A stretch of 64,000 nucleotides of DNA, from NCBI GenBank assembly GCA_018823905.1, contig JAHJHL010000044.1:40150-104149 (forward strand), given 5' to 3'. The DNA comes from Alphaproteobacteria bacterium (GTDB taxonomy: Bacteria; Pseudomonadota; Alphaproteobacteria; Sphingomonadales; Sphingomonadaceae). This document shows positions 37,299 to 46,778 of the stretch, piece by piece (the first letter of the stretch is position 1; each line of letters starts with the position of its first letter). A program made the position numbers and the translations under genes. Under the pieces are notes generated by a model. That model did no database searches. It saw nothing but the letters and a program-made list of their open reading frames with translations, and was not told the DNA's origin.

Positions 37299-37820
37299 CT
37301 AGTGCGCCGCTGCGCCCCGGTCAACCGGCTTTGGACGTGCAAGGCGCGCGGCGAGTTGGCGGACGCTGCGGCGGTGGAGCGGGTGCTGCCATTCGGGGAC
37401 GATCGCGCGGAGCGGACCGAGGACGAAGGCGCGCTGTTCGATGGCGGGGTGGGGGATGGTCAGCGTGCTGTCGGACCAGACGCCGCCCGACCAGAGAAGA
37501 ATATCGAGGTCGAGCGTCCGCGCGCTCCAACGCCGTCCGGTGCGGCGGCCGAAGGTCGCTTCGATCGCGTGCAGCCTTGCAAGCATTTCGGGCGGGCTCA
37601 GCATTGATGCTACCAGGGCAACCGCATTGGCATAGCGGCGGCGCGAGGGGCCGAGCGGATCGCTGGCGATGATCGGACTGGAATCGACGGCCTCGATGTC
37701 TTCGCTCTCCAACGCCGCGAGCGCCGCGAGCAAGACGGCGCGGGGATCGCCGAAACGGGCGTGGCGCCGGTTCGACCCAAGACCGATGGCGTAAAGCGGA
37801 AGCGGCATTGCGTTGCTCAT
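37299..37820 (-). CDS. folK: 2-amino-4-hydroxy-6-hydroxymethyldihydropteridine diphosphokinase
   Basis: AIGLGSN, YANAV, IEATFGRR...WSARTLDLDILLW, IPHP and RAFVLGPL. Confidence 0.93.
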   Translation of the reverse strand: MSNAMPLPLYAIGLGSNRRHARFGDPRAVLLAALAALESEDIEAVDSSPIIASDPLGPSRRRYANAVALVASMLSPPEMLARLHAIEATFGRRTGRRWSARTLDLDILLWSGGVWSDSTLTIPHPAIEQRAFVLGPLRAIVPEWQHPLHRRSVRQLAARLARPKPVDRGAAAH

Positions 37821-37843
37821 GGCCCCGCGCCTATCGCAGATGG

Positions 37844-38533
37844 GTGGAGATTGACAGCCCATTGCCCGGAACCGAGCCGCCGCGCGATTGCCCGCGCTGC
37901 CCGCGGCTCGTCGCCTTTCGGCAGGAATGTCAGGCCGAGCATCCCGACTGGTGGAATGCGCCGGTATATGCGTTCGGCGATCCCGACGCTTGGCTCGCTT
38001 TTGCGGGGTTGGCGCCGGGCAAGCATGGCGCCAACCGGACGGGGCGGCCGTTCACCGGCGACTATGCGGGCGATCTGCTGTTCGCCACGCTCGCTGCGTT
38101 CGGGCTGAGCAAAGGTCGATATGATGCGCGGATCGACGACGGGCTGACGCTTGATGGCGCGATCATCGTCAACAGCGTCAAATGCCTACCGCCGCAGAAC
38201 AAGCCGACGCCTGTGGAGATTGCGAACTGCCGACCGTTTTTCGAGAAGCAACTGGCCGCCTTGCCCCATCTGCGTGTCATCATCGCGCTTGGGCGGATCG
38301 CGCATGATGCGGTGCTCAGGGCGGCTGGAGTACGGCTGGCGGCGCATCCTTTCAGCCATGGCGCCGTTCATCGGCTCGCGGATGGGCGCCACCTGGTCGA
38401 TAGCTATCATTGCTCGCGCTACAACACGAACACCGGGCGGCTGACGCCTGAAATGTTTGCCGATGTGTTTCGTACTGCGCTGGCGCTGCGTGATCAGACG
38501 AGCGGGCCGAATTCCTCGACCAAGCTGCGGTAA
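37844..38533 (+). CDS. Uracil-DNA glycosylase, family 5 (Fe-S)
   Basis: DCPRCPRL, GLAPGKHGANRTGRPFTGD, VKCLPPQNKP, NCRPF and YHCSRYNTNTGRLT. In-frame GTG at 37844; the 3' end overlaps rppH. Confidence 0.9.
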   Translation: MEIDSPLPGTEPPRDCPRCPRLVAFRQECQAEHPDWWNAPVYAFGDPDAWLAFAGLAPGKHGANRTGRPFTGDYAGDLLFATLAAFGLSKGRYDARIDDGLTLDGAIIVNSVKCLPPQNKPTPVEIANCRPFFEKQLAALPHLRVIIALGRIAHDAVLRAAGVRLAAHPFSHGAVHRLADGRHLVDSYHCSRYNTNTGRLTPEMFADVFRTALALRDQTSGPNSSTKLR

Positions 38534-38970
38534 AGCGCGCGCTTGAACGGTACGATCAGTTTTTCGACCTCACCAAGCTCGGCCCATTTCCAGGCGCGAA
38601 ACTCCTGATGCTTGGTCGCGATATTGACGTCGCTGTCCTCGCCCATGAAGCGCATCAGGAACCAGTGCTGGCGCTGGCCGCGATATTTGCCGCCCCACAT
38701 CTTGCCGATCAATTCGTCGGGCAGATCATAAAAATATTCCTCGCGGCTGCGCGCGATGATCTCGACCAGCCCGCCGTGAACACCGGTCTCTTCGCCGAGC
38801 TCGCGAATTGCGGCCTCCTCGGCATCTTCGCCGGGATCGATCCCGCCTTGCGGCATCTGCCACGCTTCGCTGGAGGTATCGAGCCGCTGGCCGACGAAGA
38901 CCAGGCCGTCGCGGTTGGCGAGCATGACGCCGGCGCAGGGGCGGTAGGGAAGCGTGCTGGGATCGATCAT
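38494..38970 (-). CDS. rppH: RNA pyrophosphohydrolase
   Basis: LPYRPCAG, WQMPQGGID...AAIRELGEETG Nudix box, YRGQRQHWF and EFRAWKW. Confidence 0.93.
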   Translation of the reverse strand: MIDPSTLPYRPCAGVMLANRDGLVFVGQRLDTSSEAWQMPQGGIDPGEDAEEAAIRELGEETGVHGGLVEIIARSREEYFYDLPDELIGKMWGGKYRGQRQHWFLMRFMGEDSDVNIATKHQEFRAWKWAELGEVEKLIVPFKRALYRSLVEEFGPLV

Positions 38971-39914
38971 GCCGCGCCGCTAGCTTCGGCGACGATCGCT
39001 TTCAAGACCGTCAACGCGCCGCGGATATCATCCTTGGCGCTAGGGATACCCTGCGCCAGATTGATATAGCCGTGAATGCTGCCCGCTGCTTCGCGATAGG
39101 TCGTCGGCACACCCGCTTCGATTAGCTTGGCGGCGTAGGCGCGACCCTGGTCGCGCAGCGGGTCGAGGCCCGCGGTGGTGAGCAGCGTCGGCGGCAGACC
39201 CGCGGCCGGGAAATCGAGCGGCGACGCGCGATAGTCGGCGGGGTCGGCGGCATAATGACTGCCGAAATACGTCATGCTGCCGGTTGTCAGCAAATGACCT
39301 TCGCCGAAATCGCGATAGCTTTGCCAGTCGTCGTGCGTGGTCACAGCGGGGTAGATCGGGTGCATGGCGATCACTGGCTTCGATGCGGGTTTGTCGCGCA
39401 GCGTGAGTGCGGTCGCTATCGTCAGATTGCCGCCCGCGCTTTCGCCGCAAAGGACAAGGCCGGTGCAGGGGAAATGATCCGCAACCCAGCGTGTCGCCGC
39501 TACGCAATCGTCGGGCGCGGCGGGGAAGGGGTGTTCGGGCGCCAAGCGATAGTCGACCGCGATCACCGGCATGTCGAGCACGCGGGCGGCTTCGGCGCAA
39601 TAGGCGTCGTGGGTGTCGAGGTCGCCGATGACCCAGCCACCGCCGTGATAAAAAACCATCACCGGGCCGGGCTCGCGGTCGGGGCGATTGTCGTAGATGC
39701 GGATTGGAATCTCGCCGGCGGGACCGGGAATTGTCCGGTCCTCGACCTTCGCAATCTCGCCGCGCGGGGCATCGGCCATCTGGGCCATCATCCGGAACAT
39801 CTCGCGCGCCTCGGCAGGCGGCAACTCTTCCATCTTGGGGCCTTCCTGCGCGTTGAGGAAAGCCAGGAACATCGCCACGTCGGGGCGGGTAAAATGGGTA
39901 GTGCCGTCGGTCAT
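38967..39914 (-). CDS. Alpha/beta hydrolase (HSL-family esterase)
   Basis: HGGGWVIGD, VDYRLAPEHPFPAA, GESAGG nucleophile, DPLRD and HGY. Confidence 0.92.
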   Translation of the reverse strand: MTDGTTHFTRPDVAMFLAFLNAQEGPKMEELPPAEAREMFRMMAQMADAPRGEIAKVEDRTIPGPAGEIPIRIYDNRPDREPGPVMVFYHGGGWVIGDLDTHDAYCAEAARVLDMPVIAVDYRLAPEHPFPAAPDDCVAATRWVADHFPCTGLVLCGESAGGNLTIATALTLRDKPASKPVIAMHPIYPAVTTHDDWQSYRDFGEGHLLTTGSMTYFGSHYAADPADYRASPLDFPAAGLPPTLLTTAGLDPLRDQGRAYAAKLIEAGVPTTYREAAGSIHGYINLAQGIPSAKDDIRGALTVLKAIVAEASGAA

Positions 39915-40112
39915 CCTGCTGATCCCCTGTTTCCGCTTGTGCGGCCTATCGTTGGCGCAGCTATTCGGCATCGCGGCGGATAATTCAATGGCAATTGGCA
40001 ACCCATTCGGGCGTTTGAAGTTTGCAGCGCACAATTTTTTCTGAATTGCGGCATCGCGCCCACAGGCCTAGGCCAGCGTTACAGGTTCGCAAGATTCAAG
40101 GCAGAAAATAAA

Positions 40113-41975
40113 ATGGCGACAGTGGTAGCGGACGGAACCGACAAGCGGACGTCCCCCCTTTCGGATGCAGTGGTAGTCAGGTTTGCAGGCGATAGCGGCG
40201 ACGGGATGCAGTTGACCGGGGGTCAATTCACTCTGTCTTCGGCACTCGCGGGCAATGATTTTGCGACCTTCCCCGATTTTCCGGCGGAGATTCGCGCGCC
40301 GCAGGGCACGTTGTTTGGGGTGTCGGCGTTCCAGATCAACTTCGGATCGTCGTCGATCGACACCGCGGGTGACGCGCCCGACGTGCTCGTCGCGATGAAC
40401 CCGGCGGCGCTCAAGACCAATGTGCCTTCGCTGAAGCAGGGCGGACTGATCATCGCCGATGAGGGCGAGTTCAACGACCGCAACCTTGCCAAGGCGAAAT
40501 ATGACGCGAATCCGCTCGACGACGGCAGCCTTGCTAAGTGGCAGTTGCTGAAGCTCAACATCAGCCAGCTGACGATGGATGCGGTGAAGCCGTTCGGCCT
40601 TGGCAACAAGGAAGCGCTGCGCTGCAAGAATATGTGGACGTTGGGGCTGGCGCTCTGGATGTTCGATCGCGACCGCGCGCCGCTCGTTGACTGGCTCAAC
40701 GCGAAATTTGCCAAGGCGCCCGATCTTGCGGCGGCGAATATTGCGGCGCTGAACGCGGGTCACGCTTATGGCGAAACAGCCGAGCTGGCGGGACCGCTCA
40801 AGCAGCATCATGTCGATCCCGCACCGGTCGCGCCCGGACTGTACCGCACGCTGACCGGCGCGGAGGGTATCGCGCTAGGCCTTGTTGCGGGGGCACAGCT
40901 GGCGAAGCTGCCGATGTTCTTCGGCGGTTATCCGATCACGCCGGCCTCGGCGATCCTGCATCATCTGTCGCGGCTCAAAGAATATGACGTCACGACGTTT
41001 CAGGCTGAGGATGAAATCGCGGCCATCTGCTCGGCGATCGGCGCGAGTTATGGCGGCTCGCTGGGCGTCACCAGCTCGTCGGGACCGGGAATCGCGCTGA
41101 AGGGCGAGGCGATGGGCCTCGCGATTATGACCGAGCTGCCGCTCGTCATCGTCAATTCGCAGCGCGGCGGTCCGTCGACCGGCCTGCCGACCAAGACCGA
41201 GCAGTCGGATCTGTATCAGGCGGTCTATGGTCGCAACGGCGATGCGCCGATGCCCGTGATTTCGGCGCGCTCGCCTGGCGATGCGTTCGAATGCGCGATC
41301 GAGGCGGTGCGCATCGCGGTGCAATATATGACCCCGGTGATCCTGCTGACCGACGGCTATATCGCCAATGCGGCAGAGCCGTGGGCGGTGCCTGACCTGA
41401 CAACTTACGAGGCGTTTCCGGTCGAATTCCTGACCGAAGTGCCCGAGGGCGGGTTCAAGCCTTATGGCCGCGACGAGAACCTCAAGCGTCCGTGGGTCAA
41501 ACCCGGTACCCCCGGCCTACTCCACCGCATCGGCGGGATCGAGAAGGAACTCGACACCGGCCACATCAATTATGAGGCGTCGAACCATCAGGCGATGACC
41601 GACATCCGCAAGAACAAGATTGATGGCATCAAGGTGCCCGACCAGATTGTCGAGCTCGGTGCCGAGAGCGGCAGGCTCGCGGTCGTTGGCTGGGGCTCGA
41701 CCTTTGGCCCGATCCATCAGGCAGTGCGCCGCAAGCGTGCCGAGGGCGCCGACGTCAGCCATATCCATATCCGCCACATCTGGCCGCTGCCCGCCAATCT
41801 GGGTGAGCTGCTCAAAAGCTATGACAAGGTCATCATACCCGAAATGAACACCGGCCAGCTCAAGACCGTGCTGCGCGACCAGTATTTGGTCGACGCCAAA
41901 CCGGTGAACAAAGTGTCGGGTCAGCCCTTCACGATTGCCGAAATCGAAGCCGCCATCGAGGAGGCACTAGCATGA
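40113..41975 (+). CDS. korA: 2-oxoacid:acceptor oxidoreductase subunit alpha
   Basis: FAGDSGDGMQLTG, PAEIRAPQG, YPITPAS, QAEDEIAA, TSSSGPG and QRGGPSTGLPTK. Confidence 0.93.
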   Translation: MATVVADGTDKRTSPLSDAVVVRFAGDSGDGMQLTGGQFTLSSALAGNDFATFPDFPAEIRAPQGTLFGVSAFQINFGSSSIDTAGDAPDVLVAMNPAALKTNVPSLKQGGLIIADEGEFNDRNLAKAKYDANPLDDGSLAKWQLLKLNISQLTMDAVKPFGLGNKEALRCKNMWTLGLALWMFDRDRAPLVDWLNAKFAKAPDLAAANIAALNAGHAYGETAELAGPLKQHHVDPAPVAPGLYRTLTGAEGIALGLVAGAQLAKLPMFFGGYPITPASAILHHLSRLKEYDVTTFQAEDEIAAICSAIGASYGGSLGVTSSSGPGIALKGEAMGLAIMTELPLVIVNSQRGGPSTGLPTKTEQSDLYQAVYGRNGDAPMPVISARSPGDAFECAIEAVRIAVQYMTPVILLTDGYIANAAEPWAVPDLTTYEAFPVEFLTEVPEGGFKPYGRDENLKRPWVKPGTPGLLHRIGGIEKELDTGHINYEASNHQAMTDIRKNKIDGIKVPDQIVELGAESGRLAVVGWGSTFGPIHQAVRRKRAEGADVSHIHIRHIWPLPANLGELLKSYDKVIIPEMNTGQLKTVLRDQYLVDAKPVNKVSGQPFTIAEIEAAIEEALA

Positions 41976-43009
41976 ACGAGATGACCACCATCGCGCGCAC
42001 GACGACGCTCAAGGATTGGGAAACCGATCAGGAAGTGCGCTGGTGTCCCGGTTGCGGCGACTATGCGATCCTCAAAGCGGTGCAGCGCACGATGCCTGAA
42101 ATCGGCACGGCGCCCGAAAATACTGTGTTTATCAGCGGCATTGGCTGCTCGTCGCGCTTTCCCTATTATATGGAAACCTATGGCTTCCACACGATCCACG
42201 GCCGTGCGCCGGCGTTCGCCACGGGGCTGAAGCTCGCCAATCCGAACCTTGATGTGTGGATCGTCACCGGCGACGGCGACGGGCTGTCGATCGGTGGCAA
42301 CCACACGATGCACTTGATCCGCCGCAACCTCGATTGCCAGATCATGCTGTTCAACAACGAGATTTATGGCCTGACCAAAGGGCAATATTCGCCGACCAGC
42401 CGCGTCGGTACGACCAGCCCATCGACGCCCTATGGCTCGGTCGATCGTCCGGCGCAGCCCGCAGCTTTCGCGCTCGGTGCCGGATCGCGCTTCGTCGCGC
42501 GGGGCTTCGACGTATCGAAGAAGCTGCCCGAGGTGTTGAAAGCGGCTCACGCCCACAAGGGCGCGGCCTTTATCGAGATTTTCCAGAACTGTATCGTCTA
42601 TAATAAAGACGTGTTCGAAGATTTTGCGGCGCCGAAGGGCGCTGAGGATCGCCAGCTCTGGCTCGAGACTGGCGAACCGATGCTTTATGCCAAGGGCACC
42701 AAAGGCATCGCGCTCGATGCCGAGGCACTGCACCTCAAGACCGTCGATGTCGTCGATGGCGACTGGCAGGCCGCGGGGGTGATCGTCCATGACGTCACCA
42801 ACCGCAGCGTCGCGCATATGCTCGTCGAGATGCCGTTCGGCGAATTCCCGATGGCGCTGGGCGTGCTCTACGACGACCCGCGCCCGACTTTCGAGGCCGA
42901 TGTCTGGCGGCAGAACGCGGCAGCGCGCGAAGGCAAGACCGCCGATCTGCAAGGCCTGCTGAAAAAGGGCCAGACGTGGACGGTGACCGAGGGTGGGCCC
43001 GAGCTCTAG
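41972..43009 (+). CDS. korB: 2-oxoacid:ferredoxin oxidoreductase subunit beta
   Basis: WCPGCGD, SGIGCSSRFP, HGRA and TPP motif GDGDGLSIGGNH...NN. ATGA-coupled to alpha. Confidence 0.93.
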   Translation: MNEMTTIARTTTLKDWETDQEVRWCPGCGDYAILKAVQRTMPEIGTAPENTVFISGIGCSSRFPYYMETYGFHTIHGRAPAFATGLKLANPNLDVWIVTGDGDGLSIGGNHTMHLIRRNLDCQIMLFNNEIYGLTKGQYSPTSRVGTTSPSTPYGSVDRPAQPAAFALGAGSRFVARGFDVSKKLPEVLKAAHAHKGAAFIEIFQNCIVYNKDVFEDFAAPKGAEDRQLWLETGEPMLYAKGTKGIALDAEALHLKTVDVVDGDWQAAGVIVHDVTNRSVAHMLVEMPFGEFPMALGVLYDDPRPTFEADVWRQNAAAREGKTADLQGLLKKGQTWTVTEGGPEL

Positions 43010-43097
43010 TCGGAGCGCGCTTTGTGTTCGCTGGACGATCGTGACCCGGTCCTCATAGCGCATTGCAAAGCGGACCGATCCACGCCACCAAGCGGCG

Positions 43098-44057
43098 ATG
43101 GATAATCTCACGCACAGCCTCGTTGGCGCGGTTCTCGGCCAGATGGGGCTCAAGAAGAAGACCGGGCTCGCGATCCCAACGCTGATTCTGGCGGCGAACC
43201 TGCCCGACATTGATGCCGCTTGTCTGGCTTGGCTCGACGGGATCCAGCATCTAGGGTTTCGGCGTGGGATCACCCATGGTCCGATCGCGATGCTGGTCCT
43301 GCCGATATTGCTATGGGCAGCGATGCTGGCGTTCGATCGCTGGCAGACGAAGCGTGGCAAACGCCCCGCTGGACGTCCACCGATCGACAAAGCCTGGCTG
43401 CTGGCACTCGCCTATATCGGTTGCCTCAGCCACCCGGCGCTCGACTGGCTGAACAATTACGGCATCCGCCTGCTCGAACCCTTTTCGTCGCAATGGTTTT
43501 ATGGCGACACGATCTTTATCATCGACCTGTGGATATGGATCGCGCTTAGCCTTTCGGTGTGGTTGTCGCTGCGTCGCGAGCGGGGTGGGGCGGCCAATTG
43601 GGAGCGGCCCGCGTGGGTCGGTTTCACCGCGGTTTGCGCCTATATCTTTGCCAACGGCCTGATCACCGGCGCCGCCGAACGGACGACCGCGAGCGCGCTC
43701 GCAGGAAGCGGGCACCGCGACGCGCTGGTCGTGGCGAGCCCGCCGCCGCTGGCCTTCTGGCAACGCGATATCTTTTGGCGCACCGCGACGCGTTATGGGA
43801 GCGGCAGTTTTACGCCCGGCGTGGGCGGTAATCTGGATATTAGTGGCCAGCCGACCGGGATGGACGATCCGCGGCTGGAGGGGTGGCTGATGGGCGATCC
43901 CGACGCGCGCGCGTTCCTGTTCTGGGCGCGCATGCCGGTCGCGCAGGCCAATGGCGATTCGATCCTGCTGCGCGACCAGCGTTTCATGCATCCGCTGTCG
44001 CAGGACCGTTTCCAGGTCCGGCTGACCGCACCCGACACTGCTTCCCACGACGAATGA
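43098..44057 (+). CDS. Inner-membrane metal-dependent hydrolase (YdjM-like)
   Basis: MDNLTHSLVG, ANLPDID, RRGITHG and SHPALDWLNNYGIRLL.PFS..WFYGD. Confidence 0.88.
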   Translation: MDNLTHSLVGAVLGQMGLKKKTGLAIPTLILAANLPDIDAACLAWLDGIQHLGFRRGITHGPIAMLVLPILLWAAMLAFDRWQTKRGKRPAGRPPIDKAWLLALAYIGCLSHPALDWLNNYGIRLLEPFSSQWFYGDTIFIIDLWIWIALSLSVWLSLRRERGGAANWERPAWVGFTAVCAYIFANGLITGAAERTTASALAGSGHRDALVVASPPPLAFWQRDIFWRTATRYGSGSFTPGVGGNLDISGQPTGMDDPRLEGWLMGDPDARAFLFWARMPVAQANGDSILLRDQRFMHPLSQDRFQVRLTAPDTASHDE

Positions 44058-45442
44058 CGGCGCCGACGATCCTGTGGTTTCGGCGCGATCTGCGGCTGTC
44101 GGATCAGGCGGCATTGATCGCGGCCGCGGCGGCCGGGCCGGTGATCCCGGTGTTCATTCTGGACGACGATACGCCGAAGCATCGCCGGATGGGCGCAGCA
44201 TCGCGCTGGTGGTTGTACCACAGTCTCGCCAGCCTCGACGCGAGCCTGCGCGAAAAGGGTTCGCGATTGATCCTGCGGCAGGGGAAGTGTGAAGATCAAC
44301 TCACTCTGATTGCGCAAGAAAGTGGAGCGAGCGCGTTGCATTGCCTGCGCCATTACGAACCATGGTGGCGCAACGCCGAAAAGGCGGTGGCGAAGCGGCT
44401 CGATTTGCAGTGCCATGATGGCAATTACCTGCTGCCGCCAGGATCGCTGACGACGGGCGGCGGCACGCCGTACAAGATCTACACGCCGTTCTGGCGGGCG
44501 TTGAAAGAGCATATGCCGCCACCGAGCCCGTCGATCCGTCCGCGCGAGATTGCGGCGCCTGATAAATGGCCTGCTTCGGACGTGCTGGATGACTGGGGGC
44601 TGTTGCCGACCAAGCCCGATTGGGCCACCGGCTTTGCCGCCGAATGGGAGCCTGGTGAGGCAGGCGCGCGTAAGCGGACCGCGGCGTTTGCCGATGAGGC
44701 GGCGGATTATGATCGCCAACGCAACCTGCCGTCGCAGGAGGGCAGCTCGCGCCTGTCGCCGCACCTCCATTTCGGTGAAGTGTCACCCGCCACCATCTGG
44801 CACCAGATCGCCGACGCCGGGGGATCGGTCGATGTGTTCCTAGGCGAAATCGGGTGGCGCGACTATGCGCAGAATATCATCCTGCAATTTCCCGACTATG
44901 GCGGGCGCAGCGCGCGCGCTGCCTTCGACGACGCTTTGCCATGGCGCAGCGGCAGTGAGGCCGATGCCGACCTCGCGGCGTGGCAACAGGGTCGCACCGG
45001 TTATCCGATCGTCGACGCCGGGATGCGCCAGTTATGGGCGACGGGCTGGATGCACAACCGGGTGCGGATGATCGCCGCAAGCTTCCTGATCAAGCACCTG
45101 CTGATCGACTGGCGGCAGGGCGAACAATGGTTCTGGGACACGCTGGTCGATGCCGACTACGCGTCGAACGCGGTCAACTGGCAGTGGGTGGCGGGCAGCG
45201 GGGTCGACAGCAACATGTTCCCGCGCATCATGGCGCCGCTGACGCAGTCGGAGAAATTCAATGCCGCAGCCTATATTCGCCAATGGGTGCCTGAACTTGC
45301 CGAACTGACCGAGCCTGCGATTCACGATCCCGAGAGCTTCGGACAGCGCCCGCGATCCTATCCCGCCAAGATCATCGGCCACCGCGAAGCCCGCGAACGC
45401 GCGCTGGCGGCCTATGACGTCATGAAGGCGCGCGGCAACTGA
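44054..45442 (+). CDS. phrB: Deoxyribodipyrimidine photolyase / cryptochrome family
   Basis: LWFRRDLRLSD, SRLSPHLHFGE, GRTGYPIVDAGMRQLWATGWMHNRVRM and LVDAD.A.N..NWQW. Start ATG 44054 overlaps the upstream stop. Confidence 0.93.
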   Translation: MTAPTILWFRRDLRLSDQAALIAAAAAGPVIPVFILDDDTPKHRRMGAASRWWLYHSLASLDASLREKGSRLILRQGKCEDQLTLIAQESGASALHCLRHYEPWWRNAEKAVAKRLDLQCHDGNYLLPPGSLTTGGGTPYKIYTPFWRALKEHMPPPSPSIRPREIAAPDKWPASDVLDDWGLLPTKPDWATGFAAEWEPGEAGARKRTAAFADEAADYDRQRNLPSQEGSSRLSPHLHFGEVSPATIWHQIADAGGSVDVFLGEIGWRDYAQNIILQFPDYGGRSARAAFDDALPWRSGSEADADLAAWQQGRTGYPIVDAGMRQLWATGWMHNRVRMIAASFLIKHLLIDWRQGEQWFWDTLVDADYASNAVNWQWVAGSGVDSNMFPRIMAPLTQSEKFNAAAYIRQWVPELAELTEPAIHDPESFGQRPRSYPAKIIGHREARERALAAYDVMKARGN

Positions 45443-45477
45443 TTGTCAGGCGCCGGACTTTGAGGCAGGAAGGCGCT

Positions 45478-46758
45478 ATGAACACGCATGTCAGCCCGCG
45501 CCGCGGCAAGCAATTGCTTCGCGCCGACCGCGCCTACCGCAGCGGCGGGGCGCTCGCGCGGCTGCTGGCGCTGGCGCCCGCGGGGCTGTTCCATCGGCTG
45601 CTCGATCGGATCGACGCGGGTCTCGCGCTGGGCACGATCGAGGCGCATACGCCCGACGGCAGCGTCCGCTTGCTCGGCGGTCGCGGCAATGGCCCAGCGG
45701 CAGTCGTTCACCTGCACAGCTGGGCCGCGCTGGCGCGGCTGGCGATGTCGGGTTCGGTAGGCTGGTACCGCGCGTGGGACGCGGGTGAGTGGACCTCGCC
45801 CGATCCGGTGCCGCTGTTCGACCTGTTCATGCGTAATGGCGAATCGCTCGGCGATGTCGCGCGCGCGCGGGGCCCGTTGCGCTGGCTGAACAAGCTCGCC
45901 CACCTGCTAAACCACAACAACCGCAGCGGAGCAAAGCGTAATGTCCATGCCCATTATGATTTGGGCAATGATTTCTATCGCTTGTGGCTCGACCATGCGA
46001 TGAACTATTCGAGCGCGTTGTTTACTGATCCCGAGCAATCGCTGGAGGAGGCACAGACGGGCAAAGTCGATGCCATCCTCGACCGGCTTGATCTGCGATC
46101 GGGAAGCCGCTTGCTGGAGATCGGCTGTGGCTGGGGCGCACTCGCCGAGCGCGCGGTCGAGCGGCACGATGTCATCTACACCGGGATCACGCTGTCGCCG
46201 TCGCAGGCCGAAATCGCGGACGCGCGGCTCGCGGCGATCGACCTGTCGGGACGCTCGCGCATCGAGCTTTGCGACTATCGCGACGCGCAGGGGCCGTATG
46301 ACGCGATTGCCAGCGTCGAAATGGTCGAAGCGGTCGGGCAGGCCTATTGGCCCGCCTATCTTGATACCATTGCGCGCTTGCTGCGCCCCGGCGGCAAGGC
46401 GGCGATTCAATATATCCTGATCAACGATGCGCTGTTTGAACGCTATGCAGCGAGCAGCGACTTCATCCAGGCCTATATCTTTCCGGGCGGCTGTCTGATC
46501 TCCGAAAGCCGGTTCCGGGCGCTGGCCGAAGCGCGCGGTCTCGCGTGGCGCGATGTACACCGGTTTGGCGAGGATTATGCCGAGACGCTGCGCCAGTGGC
46601 GCGAGCGTTTTGATGCGGCGGTTGCTGCCGACCAGTTGCCGTCGGGCTTCGACGATCGCTTTGTGCGGCTGTGGCGTTACTATCTGCAATATTGCGAAGG
46701 CGGATTTCGTGGCGGCGGCATCGACGTCGCGCAAGTCACGCTGGAAAAATCAGCCTGA
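45478..46758 (+). CDS. cfa: Cyclopropane-fatty-acyl-phospholipid synthase family methyltransferase
   Basis: NVHAHYDLGNDFY, MNYSSA, LLEIGCGWG, DYRD, SVEMVEAVG, YIFPGG and WRYYLQYCEGGF. Confidence 0.9.
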   Translation: MNTHVSPRRGKQLLRADRAYRSGGALARLLALAPAGLFHRLLDRIDAGLALGTIEAHTPDGSVRLLGGRGNGPAAVVHLHSWAALARLAMSGSVGWYRAWDAGEWTSPDPVPLFDLFMRNGESLGDVARARGPLRWLNKLAHLLNHNNRSGAKRNVHAHYDLGNDFYRLWLDHAMNYSSALFTDPEQSLEEAQTGKVDAILDRLDLRSGSRLLEIGCGWGALAERAVERHDVIYTGITLSPSQAEIADARLAAIDLSGRSRIELCDYRDAQGPYDAIASVEMVEAVGQAYWPAYLDTIARLLRPGGKAAIQYILINDALFERYAASSDFIQAYIFPGGCLISESRFRALAEARGLAWRDVHRFGEDYAETLRQWRERFDAAVAADQLPSGFDDRFVRLWRYYLQYCEGGFRGGGIDVAQVTLEKSA

Positions 46759-46778
46759 AAACAGGGGAGAGGGGTTCT

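Noticed and set aside
43010-44053. RpoE-ChrR promoter for the photolyase-cfa genes
   Set aside because: No convincing TGATC-N17/18 type element could be identified by eye.
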